DNA of 64,000 nt from an uncultured Gemmatimonadales bacterium (GTDB lineage: Bacteria > Gemmatimonadota > Gemmatimonadetes > Longimicrobiales > RSA9), in the NCBI GenBank assembly GCA_963798085.1, contig CAWCRS010000007.1, forward strand, positions 1,056,001 to 1,120,000. The letters are read 5' to 3'. This document shows positions 19,735 through 32,491 of this stretch, one piece after another (positions within the stretch are counted from its first letter, which is position 1; each line of letters begins with the position of its first letter). Under the pieces are notes generated by a model. That model searched no databases. It was not told the DNA's origin and saw only the letters and a program-made list of their open reading frames with translations. The translations under genes were made by a program, and so were the position numbers.

Positions 19735-22038
19735 GTGACACCCATCGTCCTGCTGACACTGGCGTTCGCAGGCGGAGCGCTGCCCGGGCTGCGCTGGCCC
19801 GTCGCCGCTCTGGCCGCCACCCTGCTGGCGGCGTCGCTGCTGCCGCTCGCGGCACTGCGGCGAGGCGCCAGCGCGCGCGGCTCCGGCCTGCTCGCCTTCT
19901 GCCTCATCGGCTACGCCACGGCCACCGCCGCCGTGCTGCAGGAACGCGCCGACTGCCGTGCACAACTGCCGGACGGCATCCTGCTGCGCGCCCAGGCCGC
20001 GGTCGACGGGCGGCTCGTGCCCCACGGCGAGCTGGTCCTGCGCCTCGAGCAGATCAGCATCGGCAGGCGGACCCTGGCCTGCAGTGGCCCCGTTAACACG
20101 CGGTTATCCGCGGACCGCCTGGCTCCCGGCAGCGCGCACGTGCAGGTGACCGGCCGGTGGTGGCGCAATCCGCCGATGTCAGGCTGGCCGGTGCGCGCCG
20201 CGCGCGCCGGCCAGCTGGCGGTGACCAGTGCTGCGCCGCTGCGGCTGCCCCATGCGCACGCGCTGCTGCGCGCGCGCAACCAGACACTGCGCGCGGTGCA
20301 CACCCTCTTCCCGACGGAAGCCGCACTGGTCGAGGCGCTGCTGCTGGCACGTCGCGAATCGCTGGACACGGCACTCAAGCAGGAATTCGCCGCCGCCGGT
20401 CTCGCGCACCTGCTCGCCATCTCGGGTGCCCACGTCGGTATCCTCGCCGGAATCGTGCTGCTGCTCGCACGACTGCTGCGACTCCGGCCTCGCCGCGCCA
20501 TGCTCGCTTCCGCACTCGTCACCAGCATGTACGTCGGGTTCCTCGGCGCGCCCGCAGCCGCCACGCGCGCCGCGATTCAGGGTCTTGCCCTGCTCGCTTC
20601 CCGCTTCACGCAACGGCCCGCCGAACCGTTCTCGCTGCTCGCCGGGGCCGCACTGCTGCTGCTGGCGGCGGATCCGTTCTTTCTGCTCGATGCCGGCTTT
20701 CAACTTTCCTTTGCCGGCGTGTTCGGATTGCTCGCGTTCCACAGCCCTGCGCGCGACATGCTGCCGCGCGCACTGCCGCGCGTCATCACCCAGGCTCTGG
20801 CGGCATCGCTCGCCGCGTCGGCCGCAACCGCACCCATCGCCGCCTGGCACTTCGGCCTCCTCTCCATCATCGGGCCGCTCGCAAACCTGGTGGCCGCGCC
20901 ACTCCTGGCGCTGGCCATACCGGCCATGACGTTGTCGCTCATGGCAGGCACGGTGGAAGCACACACGGGCCGCTTCCTCGGCGGTGGTGCCGAAATCGCG
21001 CTACGGCTGTTGCGCGCCATCGCGCACCTGGCCGCGGAAGTCCCCGCCGGACACGTGCGCGTCACGCCGGACGCCGTGACTGCCACGCTGCTCGCCACTG
21101 CAGCCTTTCTGATCGCCGGACCGCAGGTCAGAAAACATCTCCAACCGGCAGCGGGACGCCGGCGAAGAGGGCGGCGCGTGCAGAAGGCCGTGCAGAGCGG
21201 CGTCGCCATCGCGGCGCTGATCGCGGTGCCGCTTTTCCACGCGGGCAGCGGCGACCTCGAGATCCACGCGATCAATGTGGGACAGGGCGACGCCATCGCC
21301 ATCCGCACCCCCGGCAATCACTGGCTGCTCGTGGACACAGGCCCGTCGACACCCGACTTCGATGCCGGCCGGGAACGCGTGCTGCCATACCTGCGAGCGC
21401 ACGGCGTGCGCCGCCTCGACGTCGTCATCCTCACCCATCCGCACGCGGATCACATTGGCGGCGCGCCCGCGGTGTGGCAGTCCCTGCCGGTGGGAGTCGT
21501 CATCGATCCGGCGACGCCGGCATCGGAGTCGCGGTACCTGGAGGTGCTGGCGGACGCGGCATCGCACCACATCCGCTGGCAGGCGGGTCGGGCGGGTCGC
21601 GGGCTGGAGATAGATAACGTGACATTACGACTACTTGCGCCGCGCGATTCCGCGCTTGACGAAGTCGAAGACCCGAACGACCTTAGCGTGGTATTTCACC
21701 TTGAGTACGGCCACTTCTCGGCCCTGTTCCTGGGCGATGCGTCGCAGTCCGTCGAGAACTGGATGATCCGGCAGTCCGACGTATCTCTCGCCTCCGCTCT
21801 GCTCAAGGTGGGACATCACGGCAGCCGGACGGCGACCGGCGATTCCCTGCTGGACGCGGTGCGGCCGCGCGTGGCTGTCATTTCCGTCGGTCGTCGCAAC
21901 CGCTACGGCCATCCCGCTCCCGATGTGATCGCGCGACTGCGCGCGCACGGTGTGCGGGTGATGCGGACGGATCTCAACGGGAGTGTCGTGGTGAAAGCGC
22001 GGACCGACGGCACCATGGAGGTTTTCGCGAGTCGATGA
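19735..22038 (+). CDS. comEC: DNA internalization competence protein ComEC/Rec2
   Basis: Competence domain HLLAISGAHV and GFQLSF. MBL domain VGQGD, THPHADH and KVGHHGS. Confidence 0.93.
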   Translation: MTPIVLLTLAFAGGALPGLRWPVAALAATLLAASLLPLAALRRGASARGSGLLAFCLIGYATATAAVLQERADCRAQLPDGILLRAQAAVDGRLVPHGELVLRLEQISIGRRTLACSGPVNTRLSADRLAPGSAHVQVTGRWWRNPPMSGWPVRAARAGQLAVTSAAPLRLPHAHALLRARNQTLRAVHTLFPTEAALVEALLLARRESLDTALKQEFAAAGLAHLLAISGAHVGILAGIVLLLARLLRLRPRRAMLASALVTSMYVGFLGAPAAATRAAIQGLALLASRFTQRPAEPFSLLAGAALLLLAADPFFLLDAGFQLSFAGVFGLLAFHSPARDMLPRALPRVITQALAASLAASAATAPIAAWHFGLLSIIGPLANLVAAPLLALAIPAMTLSLMAGTVEAHTGRFLGGGAEIALRLLRAIAHLAAEVPAGHVRVTPDAVTATLLATAAFLIAGPQVRKHLQPAAGRRRRGRRVQKAVQSGVAIAALIAVPLFHAGSGDLEIHAINVGQGDAIAIRTPGNHWLLVDTGPSTPDFDAGRERVLPYLRAHGVRRLDVVILTHPHADHIGGAPAVWQSLPVGVVIDPATPASESRYLEVLADAASHHIRWQAGRAGRGLEIDNVTLRLLAPRDSALDEVEDPNDLSVVFHLEYGHFSALFLGDASQSVENWMIRQSDVSLASALLKVGHHGSRTATGDSLLDAVRPRVAVISVGRRNRYGHPAPDVIARLRAHGVRVMRTDLNGSVVVKARTDGTMEVFASR

Positions 22039-22394
22039 GCATCACGGCCTTGTGGCGGCGGTTGCCGGGCAGCGGCGTGGATGACGTGCCGCTGCCGCGC
22101 GGCGTGCGGCTGGTGCGTGGCGCGTGGATCCCCGTGGTGGGCGGCTGGCTGTGCGGCATGCGCGGGCCGGCGGCAGCGGTCACGCTGGGGTCCATCATTG
22201 TCGTGCATCCGGCTGTGGTGCTCACACCCCGTTTGCTGGCGCACGAGCTTGCACACGTGCAACAGTGGCGGACTCGACCGCTGGCTTTTCCGTGGCTCTA
22301 CATCTGGCACCATTTTCGCCACGGTTACGACGCCAACCCCTTCGAGATCACGGCGCGGGCGGCGGAACGCCTCCAGGATCGGAGCCAACCATGA
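22035..22394 (+). CDS. Small HEXXH protein (DUF4157-like)
   Basis: Motifs [15 protein letters not shown] and NPFE..AR. ATGA overlaps with comEC and fbp. Confidence 0.7.
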   Translation: MSITALWRRLPGSGVDDVPLPRGVRLVRGAWIPVVGGWLCGMRGPAAAVTLGSIIVVHPAVVLTPRLLAHELAHVQQWRTRPLAFPWLYIWHHFRHGYDANPFEITARAAERLQDRSQP

Positions 22395-23413
22395 ATCACA
22401 GGTCGGTGGTTACGATTGAGCGCCACATCATCGAGCAGGAGCGGCGACACCCCGAGGCGACGGGCGCTTTCACGGGTCTGCTCTACGAGATCGCGCTCGC
22501 GGCGAAGATGATTGCACGCGACGTGAACATGGCCGGCCTGATCGACATTCTGGGTGGCACGGATCGCACGAACGTGCACGGTGAAGAAGTGAAGAAGCTG
22601 GACGAGTGGGCGAACGATGTGATCTTCCGCGCGCTCGACCATGGCGGCTATCTCTGCTGCATGGCATCGGAGGAATGCGAGGACATTGTTCCCATCCCGG
22701 AGGCCTTTCCGGCGGGACATTACGTCCTGCTCTATGACCCCCTGGATGGCTCCTCGAACATCGACGCCAACGTTTCGATCGGCACCATCTTCTCGGTGCA
22801 GCGCAAGATCTCGAAGGGGCCGCGCGGCTCGCTGGAGGACTGCCTGCAGCCGGGGCGCCGGCAGGTGGGGGCGGGGTACGTCGTGTACGGTTCCTCGACG
22901 ATGCTGGTGTACACGACGGGTGCGGGCGTGCACGGCTTCACGCTCGATCCGTCGATCGGCGAGTTCGTGCTGAGCCATCCAAACATGCGGTTTCCCGAGC
23001 AGCCGCAGCGCATCTACAGTGTCAACGAAGGCAACTACCTGCGCTGGTCGGACGGGCAGAAGCGGCTGGTCGATCATCTCAAGGGTCTGGACGGCCGCAA
23101 TTCCCGGCCTTTCTCCCTGCGCTACATCGGATCGCTGGTGGCGGATTTTCATCGCACCCTGCTGTACGGCGGCCTGTTCATGTACCCGGCCGACGGCAAG
23201 AACACGCAGGGCAAGCTGCGGTTGCTCTACGAGGCGGCGCCGCTGTCGTTCATCAGCGAGCTGGCGGGCGGCTGCGGCTCGGATGGCGAGCGCAACATTC
23301 TCGACATCCAGCCTTCCGAGCTGCACCAGCGCACGCCCCTGTATCTGGGGTCGAAGGAGCACGTGGCGCTGGCGGAATCGTTCCTCCGCGAAGAGGCCGC
23401 GGTCGGCGCCTGA
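22391..23413 (+). CDS. fbp: Fructose-1,6-bisphosphatase class 1
   Basis: Motifs [25 protein letters not shown] and [15 protein letters not shown]. Confidence 0.97.
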   Translation: MNHRSVVTIERHIIEQERRHPEATGAFTGLLYEIALAAKMIARDVNMAGLIDILGGTDRTNVHGEEVKKLDEWANDVIFRALDHGGYLCCMASEECEDIVPIPEAFPAGHYVLLYDPLDGSSNIDANVSIGTIFSVQRKISKGPRGSLEDCLQPGRRQVGAGYVVYGSSTMLVYTTGAGVHGFTLDPSIGEFVLSHPNMRFPEQPQRIYSVNEGNYLRWSDGQKRLVDHLKGLDGRNSRPFSLRYIGSLVADFHRTLLYGGLFMYPADGKNTQGKLRLLYEAAPLSFISELAGGCGSDGERNILDIQPSELHQRTPLYLGSKEHVALAESFLREEAAVGA

Positions 23414-23535
23414 TCGGCGTTTTCGCGGCGGGCTCTGCGCGCCGGTTCACAGCCCGTCCCCGCCCGTCTTTCCTGCGTCGGGAAGCTGATCCTCGCCCGT
23501 TACTGCGCGTTTACCGAACACCCTCTCCGGCTTGC

Positions 23536-23565
23536 TTGACGTTTTCGCGGGCGGGCGGGTAACTT
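23536..23565 (+). promoter_or_regulatory. sigma70-like promoter of the TonB-dependent receptor gene
   Basis: TTGACG-N18-TAACTT. Confidence 0.5.
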
Positions 23566-23699
23566 CGCACCCCGATCCGGACTGGCGGTCGGTCCGGAGC
23601 CCACGGCTGTGGCCCAAGGGACGGGTTCGGAACGCCGACGGACGGCGCCGTTCGCTGGCCCCCCTTCCCCGGACTCCAAGATCAGGAGGCTAACCGATT

Positions 23700-26600
23700 A
23701 TGTACCTCAGATCGAGGGCTGCCATGACAGCGCTGGTTGCACTGGTGCTCGTCACTGGTTCCGCGCCCAAGGTCAGTGCTCAAGGTGTGACCACCGGTGC
23801 CATTACCGGCACCGTAACCGATCCGCAGAACCAACCCGTCGTTAACGCGCAGGTCCTGATCACCAACAAGTCGACAGGTTTCACGACCGGCGTGCTGACA
23901 CGGCAGAACGGGCTGTACTTCATCCAGGGTCTGGAAACCGGCGGCCCGTACACCGTATCGATCAAGAGCGTGGGTTTTGCGGACGTTGCCCGCGACAACA
24001 TCTACGTCCGTCTCTCGGCTACCACGCGTGTAGACATTCAGCTGTCCATACAGGCGGTCGAGCTGCAGGGCCTGTCCGTGACGGTGGCGCAGACCGGGGA
24101 CTTCAGTCCCACCCGGCAGGGCGTTTCCAGTGTGGTGGGTGACACACTGATCCACCGTATTCCCACGCTCAGCCGCGACTTCACGGATCTGCTCAAGCTG
24201 ACACCGCAGGTGGTCCGGCCGCTGGATGGCACGGGCGCGAGCGCGGGTGGCGCGTACGTGCGGTTCAACGCGTACACCATCGACGGCGCCAACACCAGTG
24301 AGCGGTTCAACCTGTACAGCACGGGCAGCATTCCCGGCGGCTCCGGCAATGGCCGCCTCATCTCGATCAATGCGGTGAAGGAGTTCCGCGTGCTGATGAC
24401 GCCCTCGGATGTGCGCCAGGGCAACTTCGCGGGCATGCTGGTCAACGCCGTCACCAAGAGTGGCACCAACGAGTGGCACGGCGGCGGCAGTTTCGCCTAC
24501 CGCAACGAACAGTTCGCGGCCACCCAGCTGCGCGCCACGGATCTCACAGTCAAGCAGTACGGCATCCATTTCGGCGGTCCCATCATCAAGGACCGGCTGC
24601 AGTTCTTCATCGCACCGGAGTGGCAGCAGCGCGCTTCGCCCGCATCGGGGCCGTATTACAACGGCAGCGCGGCTTCGAATCCGTCACCGGCCGTGCCGCT
24701 GGACAGCCTCAATTTCATCGCCAGCATCATGCAGACGAAGTACGGCTTCAATGTGGGCTCGACGGGTCCGGTCAGCAACGAGAACCCGCTCACGAACCTC
24801 TTCGGCCGACTCGATTTCCAGATCAGCCAGAGTCATCGCCTGGTGCTGCGCCAGATCTACAATCGCACGGAGAGCACGTCGTTCTTCCGCAATGACAACT
24901 CGCTGGTCAATTCTCCGACCACGCAGAACAGCGGCTTCCGCTTCGGTTCGAACCTGTTCACGGGCGTGAACAAGAACAGCTCGAGCGTGCTCCAGCTGTA
25001 CTCGAACTTCGCGGGCGGCTCGTCCAACGAGCTGATCGCCGGCTACAACACCATCCGCGATCTGCGCAACGTGCCCGTGGCATCGCCCGAGATCTCGGTG
25101 GGTGTGAATGTCAGCGGCACGACGCGCGCCGTGACCATGGGCACCGAGGAGTTCTCGCCCGGCAACAAGCTGGACCAGAACATCCTCGAGATCGTGGACA
25201 ACTACACGATCCCACTCCGCAAACACACGGTTACCATTGGTGGTCGCCTGGACCACACCAAGATCTTCGACAACTTCGCGCAGCGTTCCAACGGCGTGTA
25301 CGTGTTTCCCACGATCGCGGCGCTGAACGCCGGCACGCCCTCCGGCTATTCCATTGCCTATGACAACAGCGGCACGGGCAACGGCATTCCGGCGAATTTC
25401 CGGGTGGACCTGTACAGTCTCTATGCGCAGGATCAGTGGTCGCTCAATGACAGGCTGACGGTCACGTGGGGCCTGCGCGCGGACATACCGCGTCTGCTGG
25501 ACAAGCCGCTGCAGAACGACTCGCTGACCGCCAAGATCCCGTCGCTGCGCACGGATGTCGTGCCCAAGTCGACGCCGCTCTTCTCGCCGCGCGTCGGTTT
25601 CAACTTCGACCCGACCGGCGACCAGAAGAACCAGATCCGCGGCAACGTCGGCATCTACACGGGTCCGCCGCCCTACATCATGCTGGGCAACGCGTACCAG
25701 AACACCGGTCTCGGCCTGGTGACGCTGTCCTGCACGGGCACCACGGTGCCGTCGTTTGTTGTGGATGTGAGCCAGTTGCCCAAGGCGTGCGCGGGGCAGC
25801 CCGTGCCGGCGCCCGGCCAGGCGGGCACGGCTGGCATCAACCTGACCGACCCCAACTTCAAGTATCCGCAATACCTGGGTATCTCGGGCGGATTCGACCG
25901 GCGTCTGCCAGGCGACATGGTGCTCACCGTTGAAGCACTCTACCGCAAGGCGATCAACGGAATCCTGATCAAGGACGTGAATCTGAAGGGTCCGCGCATG
26001 GTCAATGGTCAGCCCTACACGGACGTCAACGGCCGTGTGCTCTATGCCGACACGATTTCTGCGTCGGGCAGCGTGACCAATACCAACCAGCGGCAGATCA
26101 CGAGCTTCCGCGGCGTTTCCTTCACGGAAGGGCTGATCCAGGTCACGAACCAGTCGAAGGACTTCAACTACTCGCTGTCGGCGCAGCTGACCAAGCGCTT
26201 CTCGAGCGCGTTCGAGGGCACAGTAGCCTACACTCGCCTGAAGTCCCGCAATGTGCAGAGCTTCACGTCCGATCGCGCGATCTCCAACTGGCGCAACGGC
26301 CGGCAGCTCTCCACCTCCCATGACGACCTCGTGCTGGCGCCATCGGTGTACGACCGGCCGGATCGCGTTCTGGCCTACGGTACCTGGACGCTGCCCTGGA
26401 AGATCACCGAGTTCTCGCTCTACTACGAGGGGATTTCGGGAACGCCGATCACCTACGTCGCGAACGGCGATCTGAACGGCGACGGCTACACGGGCAACGA
26501 TCCGATCTACATTCCCATGCACGCCACCGATGTGAACGAGTTCCGCATCGGCACGGGTGTGGGCACCGCTTTCGTGCAGGATCACGCACAGGCACAGGCG

Positions 26601-26996
26601 TTCAATGACTTCATCAGCGCCAACCCGTGCATGGACCAGCAGCGTGGCCACATCATGAACCGTGACAGCTGCCGCACGCCGTTCCAGAACCGGATCGATC
26701 TGTCGATCCGCCAGTCCGTGCCGCAGGTGGCCGGGCACCAGGTGGCGCTGCAGCTCGACATCTTCAATCTGGCGAATCTGATCAACAAGGACTGGGGCCA
26801 CATCAACGAGCCCACGCTCAGCGCGACGTTCCCCGATCAGCGCGCGCTCAGCCTGACGGGTCGCAATCCCGGCCCGTTGAACCAGTCGCTCTCGACGTTC
26901 ACGTTCGACAGCCGCCTGCGCGACAAGGGCGCGTTCGGGACTGTCGCGACTTCCAGCTATTACCAAATGCAGCTTACGCTGAAGTACAACTTCTAG
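23700..26996 (+). CDS. TonB-dependent receptor, Oar-like, with N-terminal carboxypeptidase-regulatory-like domain
   Basis: Signal peptide, GAITGTVTD..G.Y, plug motifs IDGAN and NAVTKSGTN, SPRVGFNFD and C-terminal KYNF. RBS AGGAGG. Confidence 0.92.
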   Translation: MYLRSRAAMTALVALVLVTGSAPKVSAQGVTTGAITGTVTDPQNQPVVNAQVLITNKSTGFTTGVLTRQNGLYFIQGLETGGPYTVSIKSVGFADVARDNIYVRLSATTRVDIQLSIQAVELQGLSVTVAQTGDFSPTRQGVSSVVGDTLIHRIPTLSRDFTDLLKLTPQVVRPLDGTGASAGGAYVRFNAYTIDGANTSERFNLYSTGSIPGGSGNGRLISINAVKEFRVLMTPSDVRQGNFAGMLVNAVTKSGTNEWHGGGSFAYRNEQFAATQLRATDLTVKQYGIHFGGPIIKDRLQFFIAPEWQQRASPASGPYYNGSAASNPSPAVPLDSLNFIASIMQTKYGFNVGSTGPVSNENPLTNLFGRLDFQISQSHRLVLRQIYNRTESTSFFRNDNSLVNSPTTQNSGFRFGSNLFTGVNKNSSSVLQLYSNFAGGSSNELIAGYNTIRDLRNVPVASPEISVGVNVSGTTRAVTMGTEEFSPGNKLDQNILEIVDNYTIPLRKHTVTIGGRLDHTKIFDNFAQRSNGVYVFPTIAALNAGTPSGYSIAYDNSGTGNGIPANFRVDLYSLYAQDQWSLNDRLTVTWGLRADIPRLLDKPLQNDSLTAKIPSLRTDVVPKSTPLFSPRVGFNFDPTGDQKNQIRGNVGIYTGPPPYIMLGNAYQNTGLGLVTLSCTGTTVPSFVVDVSQLPKACAGQPVPAPGQAGTAGINLTDPNFKYPQYLGISGGFDRRLPGDMVLTVEALYRKAINGILIKDVNLKGPRMVNGQPYTDVNGRVLYADTISASGSVTNTNQRQITSFRGVSFTEGLIQVTNQSKDFNYSLSAQLTKRFSSAFEGTVAYTRLKSRNVQSFTSDRAISNWRNGRQLSTSHDDLVLAPSVYDRPDRVLAYGTWTLPWKITEFSLYYEGISGTPITYVANGDLNGDGYTGNDPIYIPMHATDVNEFRIGTGVGTAFVQDHAQAQAFNDFISANPCMDQQRGHIMNRDSCRTPFQNRIDLSIRQSVPQVAGHQVALQLDIFNLANLINKDWGHINEPTLSATFPDQRALSLTGRNPGPLNQSLSTFTFDSRLRDKGAFGTVATSSYYQMQLTLKYNF

Positions 26997-27021
26997 TCGC
27001 AGCCGGCGCTGCCTTTGCCGG

Positions 27022-27065
27022 AAAAACAGGAGCGCCTCCGCGCATGTCCGCGGAGGCGCTCTTCG
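27022..27065. terminator. Terminator between the convergent TonB receptor and add genes
   Basis: Perfect 13-bp stem GAGCGCCTCCGCG/CGCGGAGGCGCTC at 27030-27061. The preceding A-run forms a U-tail on the - strand. Confidence 0.75.
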
Positions 27066-27115
27066 CTGGTATCTGACAGGGTGCGTCCGCACCCTGCCAC
27101 GCCGTTGTCGTACGC

Positions 27116-28177
27116 TCAGTCGGGTGCGGCCTCGGCGGAGAGTCCTGCGATCTCGCGCTGCGCACGCGCCACCAGTGCCTGCTTCTCGTGCCAGCCGAGG
27201 AACGCGCTCTCGAAACCCATCAGCGCCATGCCGCACAGCTCCTGCCAGCTGAAGCCCAGGTGCTCGTGGGCGCGCCAGAATTCCTCGGTCACCGTGGTTC
27301 CGCTCATCAGCCGGTTGTCGGTGTTGAGCGTGGTCAGGATGCCGGCATCGTAGTAGCGCTTCACCGGGTGCGCAGCGAACGTCTCGGACACGCGCGTCTG
27401 CACGTTCGACGTGATGCAGATCTCGATGGGAACGCGGAAGTCGTTCACGTAGCGCATCAGCGCGTCGTCTTCGTACAGCCGCGTACCATGGCCGATGCGG
27501 TTGGCGCGACACTCGTGAATCGCTTCGCGGATGGACGCGGAGCCGAAGGCTTCGCCGGCGTGCACCGTAATGCCCAGGTTGGCCCTCGCCGCGAAGCGGA
27601 ACGCCTCGCGGTGTGCGGCCGGCGGATGGCCGCGCTCGGGGCCTGCCAGGTCGAACGCCACCACGCCGCGATCCTTGAAGTCCACTGCAACGCGCGCGAG
27701 TGCCAGCGAGTTCGCCACGCTCATGTGTCGCAGTGCGGCAATGATCACGTTCGTGCGTATGCCGGTCTCACGCTCGGCGCGGCGCAACCCGCCGAGCGCG
27801 GCATCGACGGCGCCGTGCATGGTCAGGCCGGAGCGGGCATTGAGCAGCGGGCAGAAGCGCGTCTCCATGTACCAGACGTTCTCCGCTGCATTGTCCACCG
27901 CCAGCTCGTAGGCAATGCGATCGATGGCCTCGGCTGTCTGCATCACGGCGAGCGTCGTGTCGAAGCGGGCGAGGTAGTCGACGAGATCGCGTGCGTCATC
28001 CACGCGCATCCACGCGGCCAGTGCTTCGGGATCATCCGTCGGCAGGGTTTGCCCTCTGGCCTGCGACAACTCGAGCAGCGTTTCCGGGCGCAGCGAGCCA
28101 TCGAGGTGCACGTGCAGCTCCGTCTTGGGCAGGCGACGGATGCGTTCGCGCGTGACCGTGTCGCTGGCTCGCTGCAT
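27116..28177 (-). CDS. add: Adenosine deaminase
   Basis: Motifs PKTELHVHLDGS, FDLAGPE, HAGE, RIGHG, CITSN and NTDN. Confidence 0.95.
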   Translation of the reverse strand: MQRASDTVTRERIRRLPKTELHVHLDGSLRPETLLELSQARGQTLPTDDPEALAAWMRVDDARDLVDYLARFDTTLAVMQTAEAIDRIAYELAVDNAAENVWYMETRFCPLLNARSGLTMHGAVDAALGGLRRAERETGIRTNVIIAALRHMSVANSLALARVAVDFKDRGVVAFDLAGPERGHPPAAHREAFRFAARANLGITVHAGEAFGSASIREAIHECRANRIGHGTRLYEDDALMRYVNDFRVPIEICITSNVQTRVSETFAAHPVKRYYDAGILTTLNTDNRLMSGTTVTEEFWRAHEHLGFSWQELCGMALMGFESAFLGWHEKQALVARAQREIAGLSAEAAPD

Positions 28178-28196
28178 GCCTCGAATCCGTGTCGGC

Positions 28197-30981
<2,785 letters not shown>

Positions 30982-31047
30982 GAATTCAGACCTCCACAGC
31001 GTGTCGGATGTGCCGCCGTGCGTCATCCGGCGGAACGCTGCCTTGCG

Positions 31048-32424
31048 CTAGCAGCGTGACGAAGCGGGCAGACCTTCTTCGATATCGACCAGCGGCGCCG
31101 GATAGCGACCCGAGAAGCAGGCATCGCAGAAGGGCCCGTGCTCGGCCACGGCCGCGTGCATTCCCTCGAGCGACAGATAACCGAGTGTTTCCACGTCCAG
31201 GTGGCGGCGGATTTCCTCGATGCTGAAGCGCGCGCCGATCAGCTCTTCCTTGGTGGGCATGTCAATGCCGTAGTAGCAGGGAGAGATGACGGGCGGACTG
31301 GCCACGCGGAAGTGCACTTCGCGCGCTCCTGCTTCGCGGATCATGGCGATGAGGCCGCGACTCGTGGTGCCGCGCACCAGCGAGTCATCGACCACGATCA
31401 CGCGCTGCCCGTCGATCACCTCGCGCACGGCGTTGTACTTGATGCGCACCGCGAAATCGCGACCCTTCTGTGTCGGATGGATGAAGGTGCGGCCCACGTA
31501 GTGATTGCGGATCAGTCCCAGCTCGAGGGGCACGCCGCTCTCCTCGCTGTAACCCAGTGCCGCCGAATTCGAGGAGTCGGGCACGCTGAACACGCAGTCC
31601 GCCTCCACCGGATGCTCGAGCGCCAGCCGCCTGCCGAACGCGCGCCGTGCGCGGTCCACGCTCACGCCCCAGACACGCGAGTCGGGTCGCGCGAAGTAGA
31701 CCAGCTCGAAGATGCAGGGTGCGGGCAGGGGCGCCGCCCCGAGACCCGGCAGGTTCGCGATCCCTTCCCCATCGAGGCGCACGATTTCGCCTGGCCCCGG
31801 CTCGCAGGTGTGGTGGGCGCCGATGAGGTCGAGCGCACAGGTCTCGCTGGCCACCACCCAGCCACCGCGCGCGCGCCCCATGACGAGCGGACGGAAACCC
31901 CATGGATCGCGCGCCACGTACAAGGTTTCGCCCACCGAGATGATCACGGAGAACGCGCCGATCAGCTGGGAGAGCGCGTCGCGGATCTGCGCTTCGATGG
32001 TTTCTTCCCGCGACCGCGCGATCAGGTGCACAATGACTTCCGTGTCCACCGTGGTCTGGAACAGCGCGCCTTCCTGCTCGAGCTGAGCGCGCAGCACGCG
32101 CGCGTTCGTCAGGTTGCCGTTGTGCACGACCGCAATGTCGCCCTTGTGATAGCGCACCAGGATGGGTTGCGCGTTGGTGAGACCGGCGCCGCCTGCGGTC
32201 GAATAGCGCGAGTGACCCAGTGCTGTGCGGCCGGGCAGCGAGCGGATCGCGATGTCGTCGAAGCCATCCACCACCAGGCCCGTCGCTCTGTGCAGGTGCG
32301 CCTGGCCATTGGCGATCGAGCAGATGCCCGCGGCTTCCTGGCCGCGGTGCTGCAGCGCGTAGAGACCGAGGAACGCGACCTCCGCCGCGCGCTCAATGCC
32401 CTGGACCCCGACAATTCCACACAT
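31048..32424 (-). CDS. purF: Amidophosphoribosyltransferase
   Basis: Motifs MCGIVG, QHRGQE, HNGNL, VDDSLVRGTT and CYYGID. Confidence 0.97.
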   Translation of the reverse strand: MCGIVGVQGIERAAEVAFLGLYALQHRGQEAAGICSIANGQAHLHRATGLVVDGFDDIAIRSLPGRTALGHSRYSTAGGAGLTNAQPILVRYHKGDIAVVHNGNLTNARVLRAQLEQEGALFQTTVDTEVIVHLIARSREETIEAQIRDALSQLIGAFSVIISVGETLYVARDPWGFRPLVMGRARGGWVVASETCALDLIGAHHTCEPGPGEIVRLDGEGIANLPGLGAAPLPAPCIFELVYFARPDSRVWGVSVDRARRAFGRRLALEHPVEADCVFSVPDSSNSAALGYSEESGVPLELGLIRNHYVGRTFIHPTQKGRDFAVRIKYNAVREVIDGQRVIVVDDSLVRGTTSRGLIAMIREAGAREVHFRVASPPVISPCYYGIDMPTKEELIGARFSIEEIRRHLDVETLGYLSLEGMHAAVAEHGPFCDACFSGRYPAPLVDIEEGLPASSRC

Positions 32425-32491
32425 CGCTCAGTCGCGCTCCATGCCGCGCCGTGTCATCGATCCGCACTCCGTCCGTGGGTGCACGTCCGCC

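Noticed and set aside
24684..27512. Long antisense ORFs (for example 24684-27512, 47834-49846, 39091-40878, 51266-53023)
   Set aside because: They are shadows of well-supported genes in high-GC DNA and have no recognisable motifs.
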